From: the human T2T-CHM13v2.0 reference genome, Homo sapiens
Length of the DNA stretch: 64,000 bases
Strand: one strand, 5' to 3'
Assembly (NCBI RefSeq): GCF_009914755.1
Contig: NC_060939.1
Part shown: positions 1 to 17,009 of the stretch, in pieces
How positions within the stretch are numbered: position 1 is the stretch's first letter
Layout of the letters: every line of letters starts with the position of its first letter
Position numbers and translations under genes: made by a program
The notes under the pieces: model-generated
Told to the model about the DNA's origin: nothing
Databases searched by the model: none
Seen by the model: the letters and a program-made list of their open reading frames with translations, nothing else

Positions 1-249
1 TGTGTGTACATGGCTCTTCTCCCTTACTAGTTGGAATCCCTTTAAGTAGAGGAGTGCATGTCTACTAGAGCATACTAGCAACCCAATAAATATGTTTCAA
101 TGAAAGTATAGTGAATATATGCAGTGTTACTTTATATGTGGCCTGACACATTATAATAATGTTATTACTTTCTATCATTTGCACCCCTATTCAATTTAAG
201 ACATTTGCTTTTATAAGCCACCACCTCATATCTTTGGCTCAGGCTAACT

Positions 250-1060
250 TGACTAATTGCAGCTTACAGATTTATTTTACATGAATTGCCAAGTCATTAT
301 CTCCCCTGTTTGGATTTGGTGCATCTCCTTCCCTCCCACTTAAACAAAGGGCTTTAGAAGTGTTTCTATTAAATTTTATGTTCTAGCTTCAACCCAGAAT
401 TCTAGGCATCAGAATTGTCTTGAGTGTTTTTTCCATGTGCTATCATATTTCAGCCACACTTTGTCAAATTTAATAAGCTTCACTTCAATATCTTCAACTT
501 AGTCACTGTTCAAAAACACTGAAAACATGCGTAGATTAAAGTGAAACCTTTGTAATACCACACTGGAGACCCACGTCCATGATTATAGAACCCGATATTT
601 ATTAGGGTAGTTCAGATCTATGAATCTACATAAAAACACTATTATCCAGGCATATCTCATATCTTCCCCACAAAGATATCATGGGAGACTGTTAAATGCA
701 TTGCCAAAATAACTAAACCATGTCCATGCTATTTCTCTGATTCATCATATTAGTAGCAAACTTTTGAAAAGGAAGTGAATTGGCATTACCTATTAAACTC
801 ATGTTAACTTTTAATGACTTCTTAAATATTGACAAATTACTTGTTAAATAATTAATTATGGGTTTGCAACAAAGATCAATTCCGAGTTGCCAATATATAA
901 TTTTTACAATTCCCCCTTACTCCTCTTGAAAATTGAGACATTTGTCCATGTCCTTACCTCTGGCAGCTTTTTCATGGTCTGTAATTTCTCAAAAGTCTTG
1001 AAAGTATATCTCCAAGTTATAAATTGTCTGAAAATGAGATTTTTAACTCATTTAATGTAG
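250..1060 (-). mobile_element. Degraded CR1/L3-like LINE fragment
   Basis: Recognised by eye (aagatatcatgggagactgttaaatgc...); boundaries approximate. Confidence 0.4.
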
Positions 1061-1289
1061 CTAAACATTATTCTACTGAAGTATTATCCGCTTACATTGT
1101 TTGATTTTTTTTTTTTTTTCATTTCTAAAGCCCATTCTATATTGGTTAAAAAGACAGAAGTAGATTAAGTAGTTCTGCCTTTTTTTGTTGTTTGATAGCA
1201 TTAAACCATCTTGTACAAATAAAGGGCTTAATCTTATATTGGTCTATCTCTTGATCTGAACATATGGTATGTGAAACCCTTCCACCTCA

Positions 1290-1690
1290 AAGCCTTTGTA
1301 AAGGCTGTTTCCACAAATTTCAAATCTATTCTTCCAAATATTTTCATGGTTCCCTTCTAGACATCATTCAGGGCAAATATTGTCTCCTTAGGGAAGCCTT
1401 TGCTGACCTCTTTAACTAAAGGAGTGCTGCTTATCCACCATCATTCTCTTTCTACTTAACGTGCTTTGCTTTCTTTCATAGCCTTTATGACTATGAGTAC
1501 CTGGTATAATATATAGATATGGATATATAGAGATAGATATTTTTAAATAATTGTGTCTGTCTTCACCACTGGATGTAACCCTCAGTTTGGCAGGTGCACA
1601 TTGTTATCTAGTTCACCACTGTACTCTAGTACCAAGAAAAGTACTGACATCTAACAGATACTCAATATACATTTGGTTAATGAATAAATT
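1290..1690 (+). mobile_element. L2 3' fragment
   Basis: ctcaatatacatttggttaatgaataaat terminus typical of L2. Confidence 0.55.
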
Positions 1691-3039
1691 AAAATATTAT
1701 TATATGTTACCTTAAGTTCATTTAGCTCTTTAGATTTCTTAACAGCATTCTGACAGTTTTTGGTCACTTCTCAGCATTTTCCCTAGTTATACTGCATTGC
1801 TGCTATATTTGTACCAATAATAGAGACACAGAGTGCTTATAAATTATGTTTAAAGCCATGAAATAGCCATTCATCTATTCCTCCAAGGTAGTATAAAAAT
1901 GGTGACTTTGTTTATTCAGTAACAGTGACTCTGCATATCTACTCATTCTTTATGCCCTTACCTGATTCCAAAAGCCTTTGAAGTATCTTACAATACCTTC
2001 TTAGTTAAGGGTAACAGTCAAGTAATGTAGAGGGCAGGCACAGAGGAAGAAGGAGTAATTATACCAGAAATCTTAAGCTAACCAATGTCACTACAGTTGA
2101 ATACAAAATTTAACCCTGTACTTCCTGGCACAAACTAATGCCAAAATATAAGATGGCTATATACCTTTCCTTAGAAAACAAAAGGAAACTCCCAAGGTTG
2201 TTAGGAAAGATCTGTTTTCTCCACATTTGAATACTAAAAATGATGTAAGTCTGAGAATGCTAAGTAAATTTGATAGAAAAGAACAAAAACACTGAACTCT
2301 GAAAGAGCTACTGAGTTTTTATACTTATTTTCAAATCCAATTTTTGAAATCAAATAAAAATTTTCTTTTTCATTTTAACTAAATGTATTTGCATGCTTTT
2401 TGGATATCTAAAAACTAGAGTTTTGTACAAAACTTTATTTGAAGGACTTTATTCCTCAAAAAATATATTCTTCAAAATATTTAGTTTAATTCAATTAAAA
2501 TATGTATTGAATACCTACAGTGTGCTGGGAACTGTGATCACTATGTGAGAAGTAATTATTTTCCATTTAAAAATGATAAATAACTCATTAATTTACATAT
2601 CATCTAAGGCTCTAGGAACAAAGTATTATTCGCTGTATGATGGACATATTATATTCTAAAGTATAAAAGGATTTTGTTTGTCTAACTAGGAAGATGCCTT
2701 GTTTTAAACTAATAGTAACAAATGACAAGAATGTTTTATTGCTGCCTCTAAAAAATGCCTCTTTTTGCTGGTTTGTTTTGTTGGTTAGTAGGTTTTAAGA
2801 AAAATAAGAGCGTAGTGGATTAATCACTGGTTAAGAGCCAACAGACTTCACTCTTCCAACAATCAGCTATGATACTGTGTCTGTGTCTACATTATGCATT
2901 TTCAAAACACCTAAATAAATTTAGCTAACATCATAACTATAATCAGTTTAGGCTACTGCTAGATGATAACAAAAAGAACTAGTTGAAAAATGAACAGATC
3001 ATTAAAACTGCCCAGGTGCTTTAACTTTTGTGATGTCAA

Positions 3040-3480
3040 TTGTTAAAGGTTGGGTCCTCCAGAAGCCAGTCTCTGAGACAGAAGTTAGTTTGCTGAATTT
3101 TTATTGAGGACTGTCCTTGGGCTCAGCACCCATGGAAGAGTGGGGAATTAAACAGGAGTGGCCAGAAATTGAACTGTGCTATAGACCCAATGACAGTCTC
3201 TGCTGACCCCATCTAGAACTCTGAAGCTAAAATAGATTTTAGAGTTGACCCCCTTTGATACAAGATGGCCACACCTTTATACTATTATATAATCAATGAT
3301 TGAGTATGGTCTTCCCTGGGAAGGGCCACGACTTTGGGTGAAGCAGCTCTCTGCAATCGAGGCAATCAGTGAAAGGGGCTGACAGCTGAAGACTGTTTGC
3401 TGCCAACATTCTTTGTTGCTGGGCAATAAGTCCTTCTCTGAAGGAAATCTATTGGGAAACCACAGCGTCCATCCATAAAC
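3040..3480. mobile_element. Old ERVL-type solo LTR (subfamily uncertain)
   Basis: tgttaaaggttgggtcctccagaagccagtctctgagac start resembles LTR16/LTR33-class elements. Confidence 0.4.
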
Positions 3481-5388
3481 CATGTTTATTGCCTCCTCTT
3501 ACCCACATATCCCCTGAAATATCCACATGTTGTAGCCCAGCAAGTTTATGCTCTAGTAAAAAACTAAATGAACAAGTTAGTTGGCTGAATCATCTCCTTG
3601 GTCCAACATCTCTATAGAGAAACATCCTGCTATTCAGTTTCTCCTTCCATTAAATAAATGATCCAGTGAGTATATGGATCTTAACAAATGATTTTTAATT
3701 GACAAAAGCAAGAAAATTAGACATTTAGTCAGCAAAAGAAGTTCCAGTTAAGTCTCAGAGTCATTGGAGATTCAATCCAGTCCTCTGTGCCTTTTACAGG
3801 ATAAATACTACAACAAGAACTCAATCTTCAGGAAGATCATTCTCAGCCAATAAGTGTCCCTATGTTTAAAAAACTAAAGTCTTCTCACTATACTATATTG
3901 ATTAGGACAAAAAATGACTTAGTGGAAAGAAACTCAACAGGGGTTTGAACAATATTTTTTCCCTTTACTAAACAAAAAAATCAAACAATGAACATAAGCC
4001 ATAATTATTGAATATTTCTACCACTTAAGGTTTGAGGATAGAGCTTTTTTGTAATCTAAATCATTATAAAACAAAATATTGATTGATATTAGTTGGTGTA
4101 TTATTTGCAGAATAACTTTGAAAGCTACAAGTCCTGCTTTTCTTACTCTCTTTCTTCATTCCTTACCTCCCATCCTTTATTCTGTCTCAGTTGTTTCCTG
4201 AAAATTAGGTCCAAACAAATCTCAAGGGTCAGTAATTTTAATACATATAAGTCTTAAAAATTATCAGAAAAAGCAACAATAAAAAAGAAAATACCAACAG
4301 TCTATTATTCGCAGTTATTGGATGAAAAGCTATTTGGTGACAGTCCTCTTAAAAAAGGTGGCTGTACATTAGTAATTATTTGATTAATTAAATTTATCTT
4401 TATTTGTAATTAATTCATTTAACTAACTTAAGACATCAAATGGGAAAAAAACCTATTTTGTTTCAGTTGAACATATACTTTCTGAATGCTTTAGTGGTAG
4501 TTTTAGAATCTCAGCACAATAGGGACTTAGGAGTGGAAATCTTGTTGGGAGGGAGACTGGGGAGCTTGTCTTGAAGTTGAATTTGCAGAGAAAGCATGCT
4601 GTTTAACTTGGATTTTATGTTTACTTAGAGTGTTCTGAAGGCTAATGGAGATGGTGGGGAGGTGGCTAATGGCCATAGCCACTGCTGCTTATTACTTGCA
4701 AGCTGCTCTGTTGGGCACTGCCTGCATTAATGTAATTTTAAAAACATAATTCCTCTCTTTAAGAAATTGACACAGTGTATCCAGTGGTAGTGAAGAAAAA
4801 AAATGTAAATACATACATATAAAACCTAAGGGGATGAAAAGAAAGAAGTCATTATATCTGTTTAAAAGGATCAGAATCTATATCAGTCAAAATGGCACTG
4901 GAAATAGACCTTGAAGTATGGACTTTAAACAGCTTGAGCAGCTTACATGCTATGATTGTTTATATTATCTACCTACACGTGCAAATATGAGGTGAAAATT
5001 AGATGACAATTCAGATCAAAGAAGCAGCTATCTAACTGTCTAGCAATGAATCAAAAGATTTTAGGGCTGATAATTTGAATATTCACCTTCATACTTGATT
5101 TATTTAGAGTATGTGGGCACAGTCTTATGTGTCCGCAAAGGAAATTCTTTAATTACAACATTTAGAAGTAGCATCTCCAATGCTAATTTGATTCCAATCT
5201 GTATCTGATGATGCTTTCAAACATCTTTTGTGAGTTAAGTCAAGAAGGTTTGAAAAACGTCAGATTTTATTAAGCAACAACCTACCCAATACCATACAAG
5301 GGTAAAACTAAACTGAGTCCAATTTTGTACCTAGGCAAAGAGTTGATTCCAGAAGGAACTGTGAAGAGCCACAACAATGTGCCAGTGA

Positions 5389-5637
<249 letters not shown>

Positions 5638-5745
5638 GAGTTCCAGCTATATGGTTTTTATGGTTGTGCCATCGGGACACATTCTGGATACAATTGTAAC
5701 TACCTTGAGGGTGTGGGAGAGAGGCTCATTTTGTTCAGTGAATTC

Positions 5746-5751
5746 AATAAA
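5746..5751 (+). terminator. Candidate CTXN2 polyadenylation signal (second AATAAA at 5936-5941)
   Basis: AATAAA about 110 nt after the stop codon; usage cannot be shown from sequence. Confidence 0.4.
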
Positions 5752-7139
5752 CATCTGTGACTAATTTCTTCACCATGCTGTGTAAATGATAAACTATTGT
5801 TGGGATTCCTCACTTTCCTCTGTTCCCACTTAGAGGTTTCCAATGAATAGAGCATAAGGATGGCTGCCGCCATGTTTACCATCTTTATTCTTATCTTGAA
5901 CAACTGCCTTGAATTTCTGCTTCCTTTCTTGTGCTAATAAACTGTGCCAAAGGCATCTTGCTCTCTCCCCTCTGAAAAGCCCAGGCATCCCCTCCACATT
6001 CCTGACTCAGACCCCTTTAGCTTTAGTGAGTCAGGTCTTAAACAGAGAATTTAGTCCAAAGAATAATCAAAATATTATTTGTCTAATAATAACCATAGGC
6101 CCAAAAGGTTCACAGGTGAAAAAATATCTCAAAAATCTAACACCCAAAGCCTACAAGTAGTCACAGGCCCTAAAGCTCCCCAAATTTCACAGAGCCCTGA
6201 CCCTCCTATCTCTTCTGTTTGTCGAATCTCTTGCAGTAAAATCCCATAGCTTGGAATCCAAACCAGATCTGCCTCATACTGATGCTCCCTCCCCTACCCC
6301 TTGCATAAATAGAATTTAAAAGGGAGTTTCCAGCATGACCTAGTGGAAAGAGTACTCTAAGCAGAAACAAAGACAGTCTCAGCTGTGCCACCAGTAGAGC
6401 TATGCTCTAATGGGTAAGTCATCTAATCTCTGTGAGCTTCAGTGAAGAGTAGTGTTAACATCCTTTTCAATTCTAGTGCCCTATGAATGCTACAAATGTA
6501 TCTGAAAACCCAGAGATCTGAAATGAATGAGGATTTAAGATATCATGAAAAGTTTTTCAGATTAGGAGCCTAAACTCAGAGATTTGAATTCTAATGTTAG
6601 CTTAGCCAAGAACTAGCTTTATGACCTAGAAAGTTACCTAAAGGGAACCTATATTGCACAACAAGAATTAAGAAACCCATCCTGCATGTCTTCAGCAATA
6701 TTGAGAGGGCCAATTAGATATAATGAATGTGAAAGCATTTTGTAAACCATAAAACAGTATCTAAACATACCTTGCTATCAATATTTATTGTCCTCATCAG
6801 TAGCAGTAATAGAGATTCTCAAACCCTAAGAAGCAATGGCTTAGTGTAAATTATTCAATCTCTCTAGTATTTCATTCTCTTCAATTGAGAAATAAAAAGA
6901 TAAAATTATATAGTTCTAAATTCTTTCCAACTACAAACTTCTGACTCTCTATGAGTCAGAATGGAGGAACATAGCAGGAGATAAATACAAAAATATTTAT
7001 GTCCTTTGAAAACACAGAACTGCAAAACATACCATGAAGGAACAAGACTAATATTACCAAGAGGTAGCACTAAGTTAGTTACTTTCAATTTATTTGATAC
7101 TCTTATAAATTCTTTGAGTTGGAGACTACTATTTCCATT

Positions 7140-7262
7140 TTATTTTTAATCTTAATTTTGCAGAAGAGAAACTGAAGCTAAGAGAAATTAACTAGCTTCC
7201 CAAGGTCACCATAGCTAGGGAATGGTTATGTTAGGGATTGAACTTGGGCAGTTTGATTTCTG
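7140..7262 (-). mobile_element. MIR
   Basis: ttttgcagaagagaaactgaagct...cccaaggtcac core. Confidence 0.65.
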
Positions 7263-9079
7263 CTGTATCCCTAGACACTGTCCTCAACACTTCTACATAG
7301 CTTATAGGCATGGTTACTGCTCAGGTCTATGGAATTCCAAAACCAGCTGTCTCTGTGAGATTCCTTGATGCTTTCCATCTCATAATAGATTTAGAACATA
7401 TTTGTTATTAGCTATGGATCTTCTGGACCAAATCCTCACCTCAAGGAGGCTCTCTGTACCCCAGTTGGTTCAAGAGTGTAGGCCTGGTACACCTCATAGC
7501 CAGTTAGTAACTTGGCCCAAGAACAGGCCACTGGGCCAAGTTCAACTGAACATACTGAAAATTGTGTGTGCCAGGAAACTAGGTCTCTTTGTTGACCAAG
7601 GCTTTTAAAGTACCAGATGTTTCATTTGTCTCCCAGAGAAGACACCCACCAAGACCCTCCATTTTGATGACTAGAACAAACCAAGGCCAGATCTTTATTT
7701 CAAAGGAAGAAAGACCTCTACAACCAAGAAAACTTTATGAAATATGAGCATTGTTTCTGGAAGTTCAACTCCCATAAGCTTTTCAAGTATATTAACTCTA
7801 CCATAATATTATTTCCAAATCCACTAAAGAAAAATTCTATTAACCAAAAGTGTCTTCATCTGTGGTTTTTATTTGTGGTCTATTGGGTGCCTTAGTTTTT
7901 TTGGGGGGTGGGGTGGTTTGGGGGATAGAAAAGTCAGTATCTGTATTTTCAGAAACAGAAAGAATATAAAAAATATAAAAGGCTGGTTACAACATGAAAA
8001 CAACATGGAAATTTCATGAAATGTTAATTCTTCTAGGAATAGATGTTCAGTGTCACAGTTGGATCAGCCTCTAGCTTCCCCTTCCCAAAAGCCTTGTCAG
8101 AGAGGACAGAGGAAAGATAGAGGAGCATACCTCAAGATAGCTTGCTCCTGTTACCTTTCCCGCTTGTCTGAAAGGCCTAAATCGGATTCACCTTTCAAGG
8201 TTGGCTTTATGGATGGTGTTATTTCATCCATATCCCCCAAAACTGTCTCCCATTTGTTCCAGGATGCCTGAATCCCCTTAAAAGAGAACAAAGACTTTCA
8301 TTTCACAGTGAGAGATAAAAGGCTTAGAATGAAAATGTCTGGTTGATATAAGACCAAGACTAAAACAAATTCATACCACTCTGAAGTCAGGCAGTCAGTC
8401 AGCAAGAAAAAGGAAATTGACTGGTATCAGAGGTATTCACAGTCATTGGTAGAGGAAAAAGGTTGTAGAGTAAATAAGTGGCTCCAAAAAGGGTTGGAGG
8501 ATGCCAGCTTATGGCTCCTGTCCTGGTCTGGTGAATAGAACTTATTTTGGGTGCCAGCCCCATCCTAGCTGTTCTTTGTCTTGATCTAAACAACCAGCCC
8601 CACCCAGCTGAATTTGAAATCGGACACTCCTATGCCAAAACACTTTCTATATGAGGAATCAGAACCCTTTGTTGAACAGATAAATGCCTTGTACTGGTGA
8701 CCTTTAAGAGTGGAATGAGTTATAGGTATATACTTGTAATTCTGTCTCTATTTCTGATATAGCCTCACGACATTAGCCTGACTGATTAGCATGACATTTA
8801 CTTAACGAAGAGGATCTAAAGGGTTTTACTTAGGTGTCTCTAGACACTTCTATAATCCTGTATCAGTTCACTAACTTACCTTTACACTTATTTTTTATAG
8901 ACAAAATATCTATCCCAATCTCTAATGATTCACCTCACAATCTTGTATGTGCTAAGTAAAAATCCCCAGCTAATTGTAAATAGCGCTAAAATAGTGAAAG
9001 CAAGCACTAGGTACAAATTGTTGCTGTTCTAAACCCCATACACAAACTAACTCATTTATTCCTCAAAATAACTCTACAA

Positions 9080-9245
9080 CAAGGTAGGTACAATTATAAT
9101 CCACAACTGCATTTGCAGATGAGAAAATTAAGGCACAGAAAGATTGAGTAACTTGACTGAGTTCACACAGACAGCAAGTGGCAGGGCCACGACATAAGTT
9201 GGGCCTTCTGACTTGAGTCTTGCTCCTAGCCACTATATTACACCA
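9080..9245 (-). mobile_element. MIR
   Basis: tttgcagatgagaaaattaaggcacaga...taacttg core. Confidence 0.7.
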
Positions 9246-9537
9246 CAACCGAGCTACTCAGACAACTGGAAATCACTTAAATCGTTTCTTATAAGAAACA
9301 AAGAGGACTCATTCAATCATCCTGATTGATAATCAGTGACAGACCTGAGGGAGGAATTGTTTGCAGTGTTAATAATCACCTACTTGCAGATCTGAAAAAG
9401 AAAAACCTTTTCCTCAACAAAACTCAAAAACTGAGTTGGACAAAAAAATGTTTTTCTAGTTGGAGACAGAAAGGTCATTTAGTAGTGCCACTGAGATGCT
9501 TACCCACAGTTTGGTTCCTGCTTAAAACAGTTTTCCC

Positions 9538-9917
<380 letters not shown>

Positions 9918-10185
9918 TCAAGGTAATGTCTACTACAAGCAAGATAAAATCATTTCAGACACTACTTTCTAGTTACAGAGTATAGAAATTGTCTCTGGAG
10001 AACTATATTTTGATACACATGCTAAACAATAGGAGGTCACTAGGACTCATCTGTAAGACGGTGGAACTCAATTTATCTATTCCCAAATGACTAATGGCAA
10101 TGCTCATATTTTTTGGACAATTGCTGTTAAGGGATCCAATTCTCCTTATGAATTAAAGAAACTCTATGTTACTTCCTGTCTAAAA

Positions 10186-10392
10186 GGATTAATGGTTTAC
10201 TACTAGTTACCAGTTGATGTGGTACTTAAGTTTCCTCAGGGCTAATGACCTGGTGGGGCTTACAGTACTATTCCAGGCCAATCATTGCACAGTCATCTCT
10301 TTCAAGAAAGTTTCTAACCAATAAGCAGAAGCCTAACTTTCTGGCTGAAAGCTAAGTGTCCCATATATTCCTGGGTGACGCTGAAGCAGGTT
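10186..10392 (+). promoter_or_regulatory. SLC12A1: SLC12A1 proximal promoter
   Basis: HNF1-like ATTAATGGTTTAC at 10188-10200, CCAAT at 10278 and 10318, TATA-like CATATATT at 10362-10369, half-CRE TGACG at 10376, all just upstream of a short exon with a strong donor. Resembles the described mouse Nkcc2 promoter (TATA plus an HNF-1 site about 200 bp upstream). Confidence 0.7.
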
Positions 10393-10421
10393 ACATTTCC
10401 TCAGAAGAAGGCTCCTTGGTG
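10392..10421 (+). other. SLC12A1: SLC12A1 non-coding exon 1 (5' end approximate)
   Basis: Starts about 30 nt after the TATA-like element; ends at consensus donor GTG|GTAAGT (intron starts 10422). Confidence 0.7.
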
Positions 10422-11765
10422 GTAAGTTGAACATTTCTGGGCAGGGTAAAAATCATACTTAATATTATGTCATAAAGTAGATTCTGAGGAGTAGGTGAGG
10501 GTGTCAAGGACTATGAAGAGAAGTGTTTTGTAAAAACTAAAACGATAATAGCTTCATTTATAATTTCCCCAGGAAAGGTTACTTGAGAAATGAAGTTGAG
10601 GGTTTTTTTAATTCAAATACACAGCTTTAATAACTGCATGAGAGAGACAAGTTTTTATTTATATTTATCTCATTTTTCTAGAACTTCCCTTGAAAAGCCA
10701 AATTTTAAGGTATCAATAAGGAAATATAATTCTAAAGCAAGTGTTTTAAGACAGGCCAGTACTATGAAATTGCGAAAATTATTGTGAAGTCTATTCACCT
10801 CACAGTCAAATATAAACCTCTCAATTATTGAAGACATTTCATTAAAATGAGTCAGTAGAGCATGATTATTTTACCTAAACATAGCAGAGGACTTTTTTAA
10901 GGTATATGACTTATTTCTTATAGATATATGACTTATTTCTATATTCATATTTTTTTAAGGTTTCATGTTAGTATTTGCAAAACAAACAAATGTATGAGCA
11001 AATGAAACATTTGGATCTTGTAAAAGATCTAAGAATTCACAGAGACATCATCTTGATGGGATGTATTTTTTAAATGCATATTCTAAAACATAATTTTTTA
11101 CTTGTTGCATAGGTAACAAAATTTGGAATTTATAAGTTGAACATGTACAGATTTTTATAAACTAGCAAGAATATATTTTTTAGAAGTTTTGTTTTTCATT
11201 TTATATGTTATATAGTATATATTCCTAACAATCAAAATACTTTGCAGTTTCAGCATTTAGTACTGTCAGTGAACTGTGTCTTAGGCTGAGAATATTCTCA
11301 TCAGCTCTTACTGTATTCAATAAGTAAAGTTACATCTTTTCTAAAGTCACAGTGAACTCCAGTGCACTGAATTCAAGCAAATACTACAAACACAGGTAAC
11401 ATTTTAATGACTGCATTGGAAGTTCTGTTTGCTGGAACAGTTTTCCAGTTATTTATTATCAGATTTAATTACTCACATGACTAAGGTTCCTGGACAGATA
11501 AATTTTAGTGAAATGAGTTTAAAATTGTATGTCTTGTAAAATAAAACTGTTCCCTTATATCCCACCCTTACCTAAATATATTTGTATTACTTGGAACAAG
11601 TTTAATTTTCTTTTTCAATGACAGCTTTGAAGAACATCCTGAAGATTATATCGGAGACAATATATCAAGAATCTATTTATTGAATCATCTAGAACAAAAG
11701 CCAGGAGCTCCCTAATGGAAGCACATTAGTGTTTATTTTGATGAAGAAATATATAGATTTTTTAA

Positions 11766-12702
<937 letters not shown>

Positions 12703-13163
12703 TCCACAAATGTTTTCTGACTTAGGATAGAGAACTAAAGAATTAACTCTAAATGTTAGGCAATATGTTGTACCTTGTATATGATTATAGTCCACTCAAT
12801 TCACACTTGGTTAAACACGTCAAACTGAATACCAAGCTGGTTTCACGTCAGTATTAATGTCTCTATGTCAATCGTATAAAAAGCAAAACACTTGTGCTTG
12901 CTGTAGTTAATACTGTGGGTGACAGCCTTTAGTGTGTAGGGGTATTTTTTATATTCTTTAAAGAAAGGGCAGATATTTATAAGATTCAGCATTTTATCCC
13001 TTCCTCTTTAAAACTTTGCCTGAGGCTCCTGAATGTGCTTAAGCATATAAAAATAACTAAATTAAAGTACAGAAGCAGCAGAAGTGACTAAACTTTTCAT
13101 TATTTAAGAAATACAGCCAGGGTTCCCAAGTCTGTTAGAAGTGAGGCAGCACTTTTCCCAATC

Positions 13164-13457
13164 TTTTTTGAGACGAAGTATCGCTCTTGTTGCCCGGGCT
13201 GGAGTGCAATGGTGCGATCTCGGCTCACCGCAACCTCCACCTCCTGGGTTCAAGCGATTCTTCTGCCTCAGCCCCCTGAGTAGCTGGGATTACAGGCATG
13301 TGCCACCACCACACTCAGCTAATTTTTTTGTATTTTTAGTAAAGATGGGGTTTCTCCATGTTGGTCAGGCTGGTCTTGAACTCCCAACCTCAGGTGATCT
13401 GCCCACCTCAGCCTCCCAAAGTGCTGGGATTACAGGTGTGAGCCACCATGCCCGGCC
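13164..13457 (-). mobile_element. Alu (AluS-type)
   Basis: Reverse Alu; target-site duplication ccaatctt. Confidence 0.93.
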
Positions 13458-14600
13458 TCCAATCTTAGAACTTAGTAGATTTCTTCTTCCATAACTTTCT
13501 CCAAAATATACTGATCACCTTTATCTTCCTGCTCTTCCAGACCAGTTTGGAATAAATATCATTCTTTATAAAACACAATTACCTGCTAAAAAGAATGATT
13601 AGATGTCACATATTCAAATGAGTTTACTCTTGCCCAAGTTTTGAGGAGAAGAAAATGATTCAAACAGTTCCTTTTGTATGCATTCATCCATTCGTTCCTT
13701 CAATATTTTTTTAAATGATCATCCACACCCGAGAGTCTAGGAATACTACTCTCAGGAAAGATGCTAATAAAGGGGAAAATCTTTCTTTAGTTTCTGCTCA
13801 CCTTTCCTTCCACAAGAAAATCCATCTCCAAATCGTATTTGCCTTGGCTGCTAGGGTCCCTGACTCTGGGTCCTACCACCAGAGACCAAGTGACTTCCTG
13901 AGGAGGAGCCCATGTTTTTAATTTTGTTTCCTTGTCCCCTTTCCCCACCAAAACTTGCTAGTCCTGTGTACTAAATCGGCAACAGTCTGCCAAATGGCTG
14001 GTTTCCTTATAGACCTAAGATTTAGATTTTATCTGGCATATTTGATGCTTTAATCAAAAGAAGTTAGCAATGCGACAATTTCAGACAACATGGTAGCCCC
14101 CATGAAGAATTTTGAGAAGGGAGGCAATTTGAACTGTTGAAATCCAGCTGCGGTGTCACTGTCCTTTTCTGTGTCAAGAAAGGAAAGGAAAATGGCAGAG
14201 AGAAAAAGGAGAAGAGAAAGGAAAAGAAGGTTGACAGAAGCAGCCCCCAGGAGTTTCCAAGACATGGAAAGGGCAGAAAGAAATTTAGGGCATTATAAAA
14301 AGATATTTCAATTGTTTCTGAAGAATTAAAATGAATCAAAGTTCTTTTTTAAAAAGACCTGAAATTCTATCCCACAATACTCTACCACGTCACACATGAT
14401 AATTTTTAAATCTGCCTCCTTTTTTAAAGTTAGTGTCACAATTTAAATATTATCATTCACCTACTTCCCCAATTTACAACAAAAGAAAATAGAATTCTAA
14501 CTTCATTAAAAAAGAAATGGGATAAATTCACATTGTTCTTAGGACTGACATTCCAGACAGAGAAAAGTAGCTTATTTATAATTGCAAAAGCCATGGCTTA

Positions 14601-14969
<369 letters not shown>

Positions 14970-17009
14970 AGAAAGCCATCTAAATGACCACACAGTAGGA
15001 ATGTTATAGCTGCATTAGATAAATGTAATAGCTGTTTGGAATATTGTATCACTTTTGAAGACATAAAATGAAACTAAAGACTGAACTTCGACTTAAAGCA
15101 TTTTTTTTCTTAGACACAAAGGAATGGCAAATTAAAATATTAAAAATTAGGCCTAAGCTCTGAATAATCATTTTGAAAGTGTATAGTAATAAGCTACTCT
15201 TTTACAGACTTGATGCTCAGTTATCTAGGACCCTTCATCTTGATTAAATCATGAAGAGGTATCCACATAGCCAAATTGGGAGTAGAATTCAGATTCAACC
15301 ACAGAATCTACAATGTGCACATTTCTGCAGCCAGGCCCATTCTAGTGTTGCTGAAATTGTATGGCCTAGCCTGGCTCTCCATGTGTAGCAGTCTGGGCCT
15401 TCTTTAATTTATCTTTTTATTGCTTGCTAATGAATTTGACTCAGCTACTCTCCTTACTTTTCCCCCCTCAAATATAAGAAGTGAAAACCTGCAATGTGCT
15501 GTAGCTGTGCTGCCACCTCCTTGTGGCCCTTGACATTTTTATGGTAGTTCCTCAAATCACAACTAGAAATCATCAACAGAACAAACATTATGTGATTATA
15601 CTCAGACCCTTCACAGATTTTGTATGCAAAAAATATAAATAATAGTGTTTACTTAAATCATTTAAAAGTAGAAGGTAATTGACACAGTACAAGCTAGACA
15701 ATACTTTTTGTAACTATGATTAGAATGCTTTTAAAAGTTATAATAGCAATAGCACATTCATACCGAATGGCAGAACATGGTTAGTCAGAAAACCAGTTGG
15801 ATTTTGCGTAAATTTTGGTTATAATTTCCAAGTGAGAAAAAAGTTACATGACAAAATTATACTAATAGGTAAAATAAAAAACAGGTTTGAAAGACATTAT
15901 TTTAAGGCTCTACCTTAAATGAAACTCTAGTTGTGATAGATATTGACAGAATTTATAATCCCAATGACTTGAGATCGTAATTGAAGAAATTCTTTTTATT
16001 ATCTATGTTAGTAAAGAGCTAAATACCTATACTGGTGACCGTTAATTATAAATTTCTGAAAACTCTACTTAAAAGCAGGAGAAACAACTGTCCTTTACTT
16101 GCTCTCTACAAGCTATTGTATGAACTACATAACTTCTACTTATCTTGCAAGATGCTTGTGAACATTAGTTTCTATAAGTATAAAGTCTACCCTTACAATG
16201 AGTAAGAATTCAATAAATGATCGATGATGATAGTGGTAATTTTTATACTAGCTTTTTATTTTAACAGAAAAATAAATACAAATAAAATATTTAACAAATA
16301 CTAAAAAATATGTAATAAAATGTTTCTCTTCTAACATCAATATTCAGTTATTCTCTCCAGGACAATCATTACTAACAGTTTCTTGTAAATCCTTCCAGAA
16401 ATGTTCTAGGCTTATATAAACATACACATATATCTATAAATATCTGGATTCCTATCAATCTAACTTTCTGTTTATATTTATTTTCAAACATGTACCAGAC
16501 GTATTTTCCACATTGTTCTGCACTCTGCAGTTTTTACCAAACATACCCTCGAGATCTTTCCGTATTAAAGCATATGTAATAATTATTTGACATCTGGCAA
16601 AGATTAATCTAGTGCCTTTACTTTGTAAAGAGAATTTTGCTTTCAGTATCCAGCCTAATTCCTGTGACCAACTTTTCATATCCAATTCCTTACTACAGGA
16701 CTAACCAAAATGGAACTCCTTTTCAGCCTTACTAACCACCATTGTTGTTAGCATTTCAGAAAAATATAATTTAAAAGGATTCAAGGAAATATATAGACTT
16801 TCTATCGAAGCCATGTGTCATTGAAATAAGCTATCTATGAAAAGTATAAAATACTATAAAATTAAGACAAATATTATTCTTAAAGAAGCTAACTCTATAG
16901 AAACTAATCCAAAAAAAAATCAATGAAATGACTATATTTGGATCATTATGCTGTTAACAACTACAAATAATTTGTAAATAAAAGCATTAACTTTAAATGC
17001 AGTGTAGTA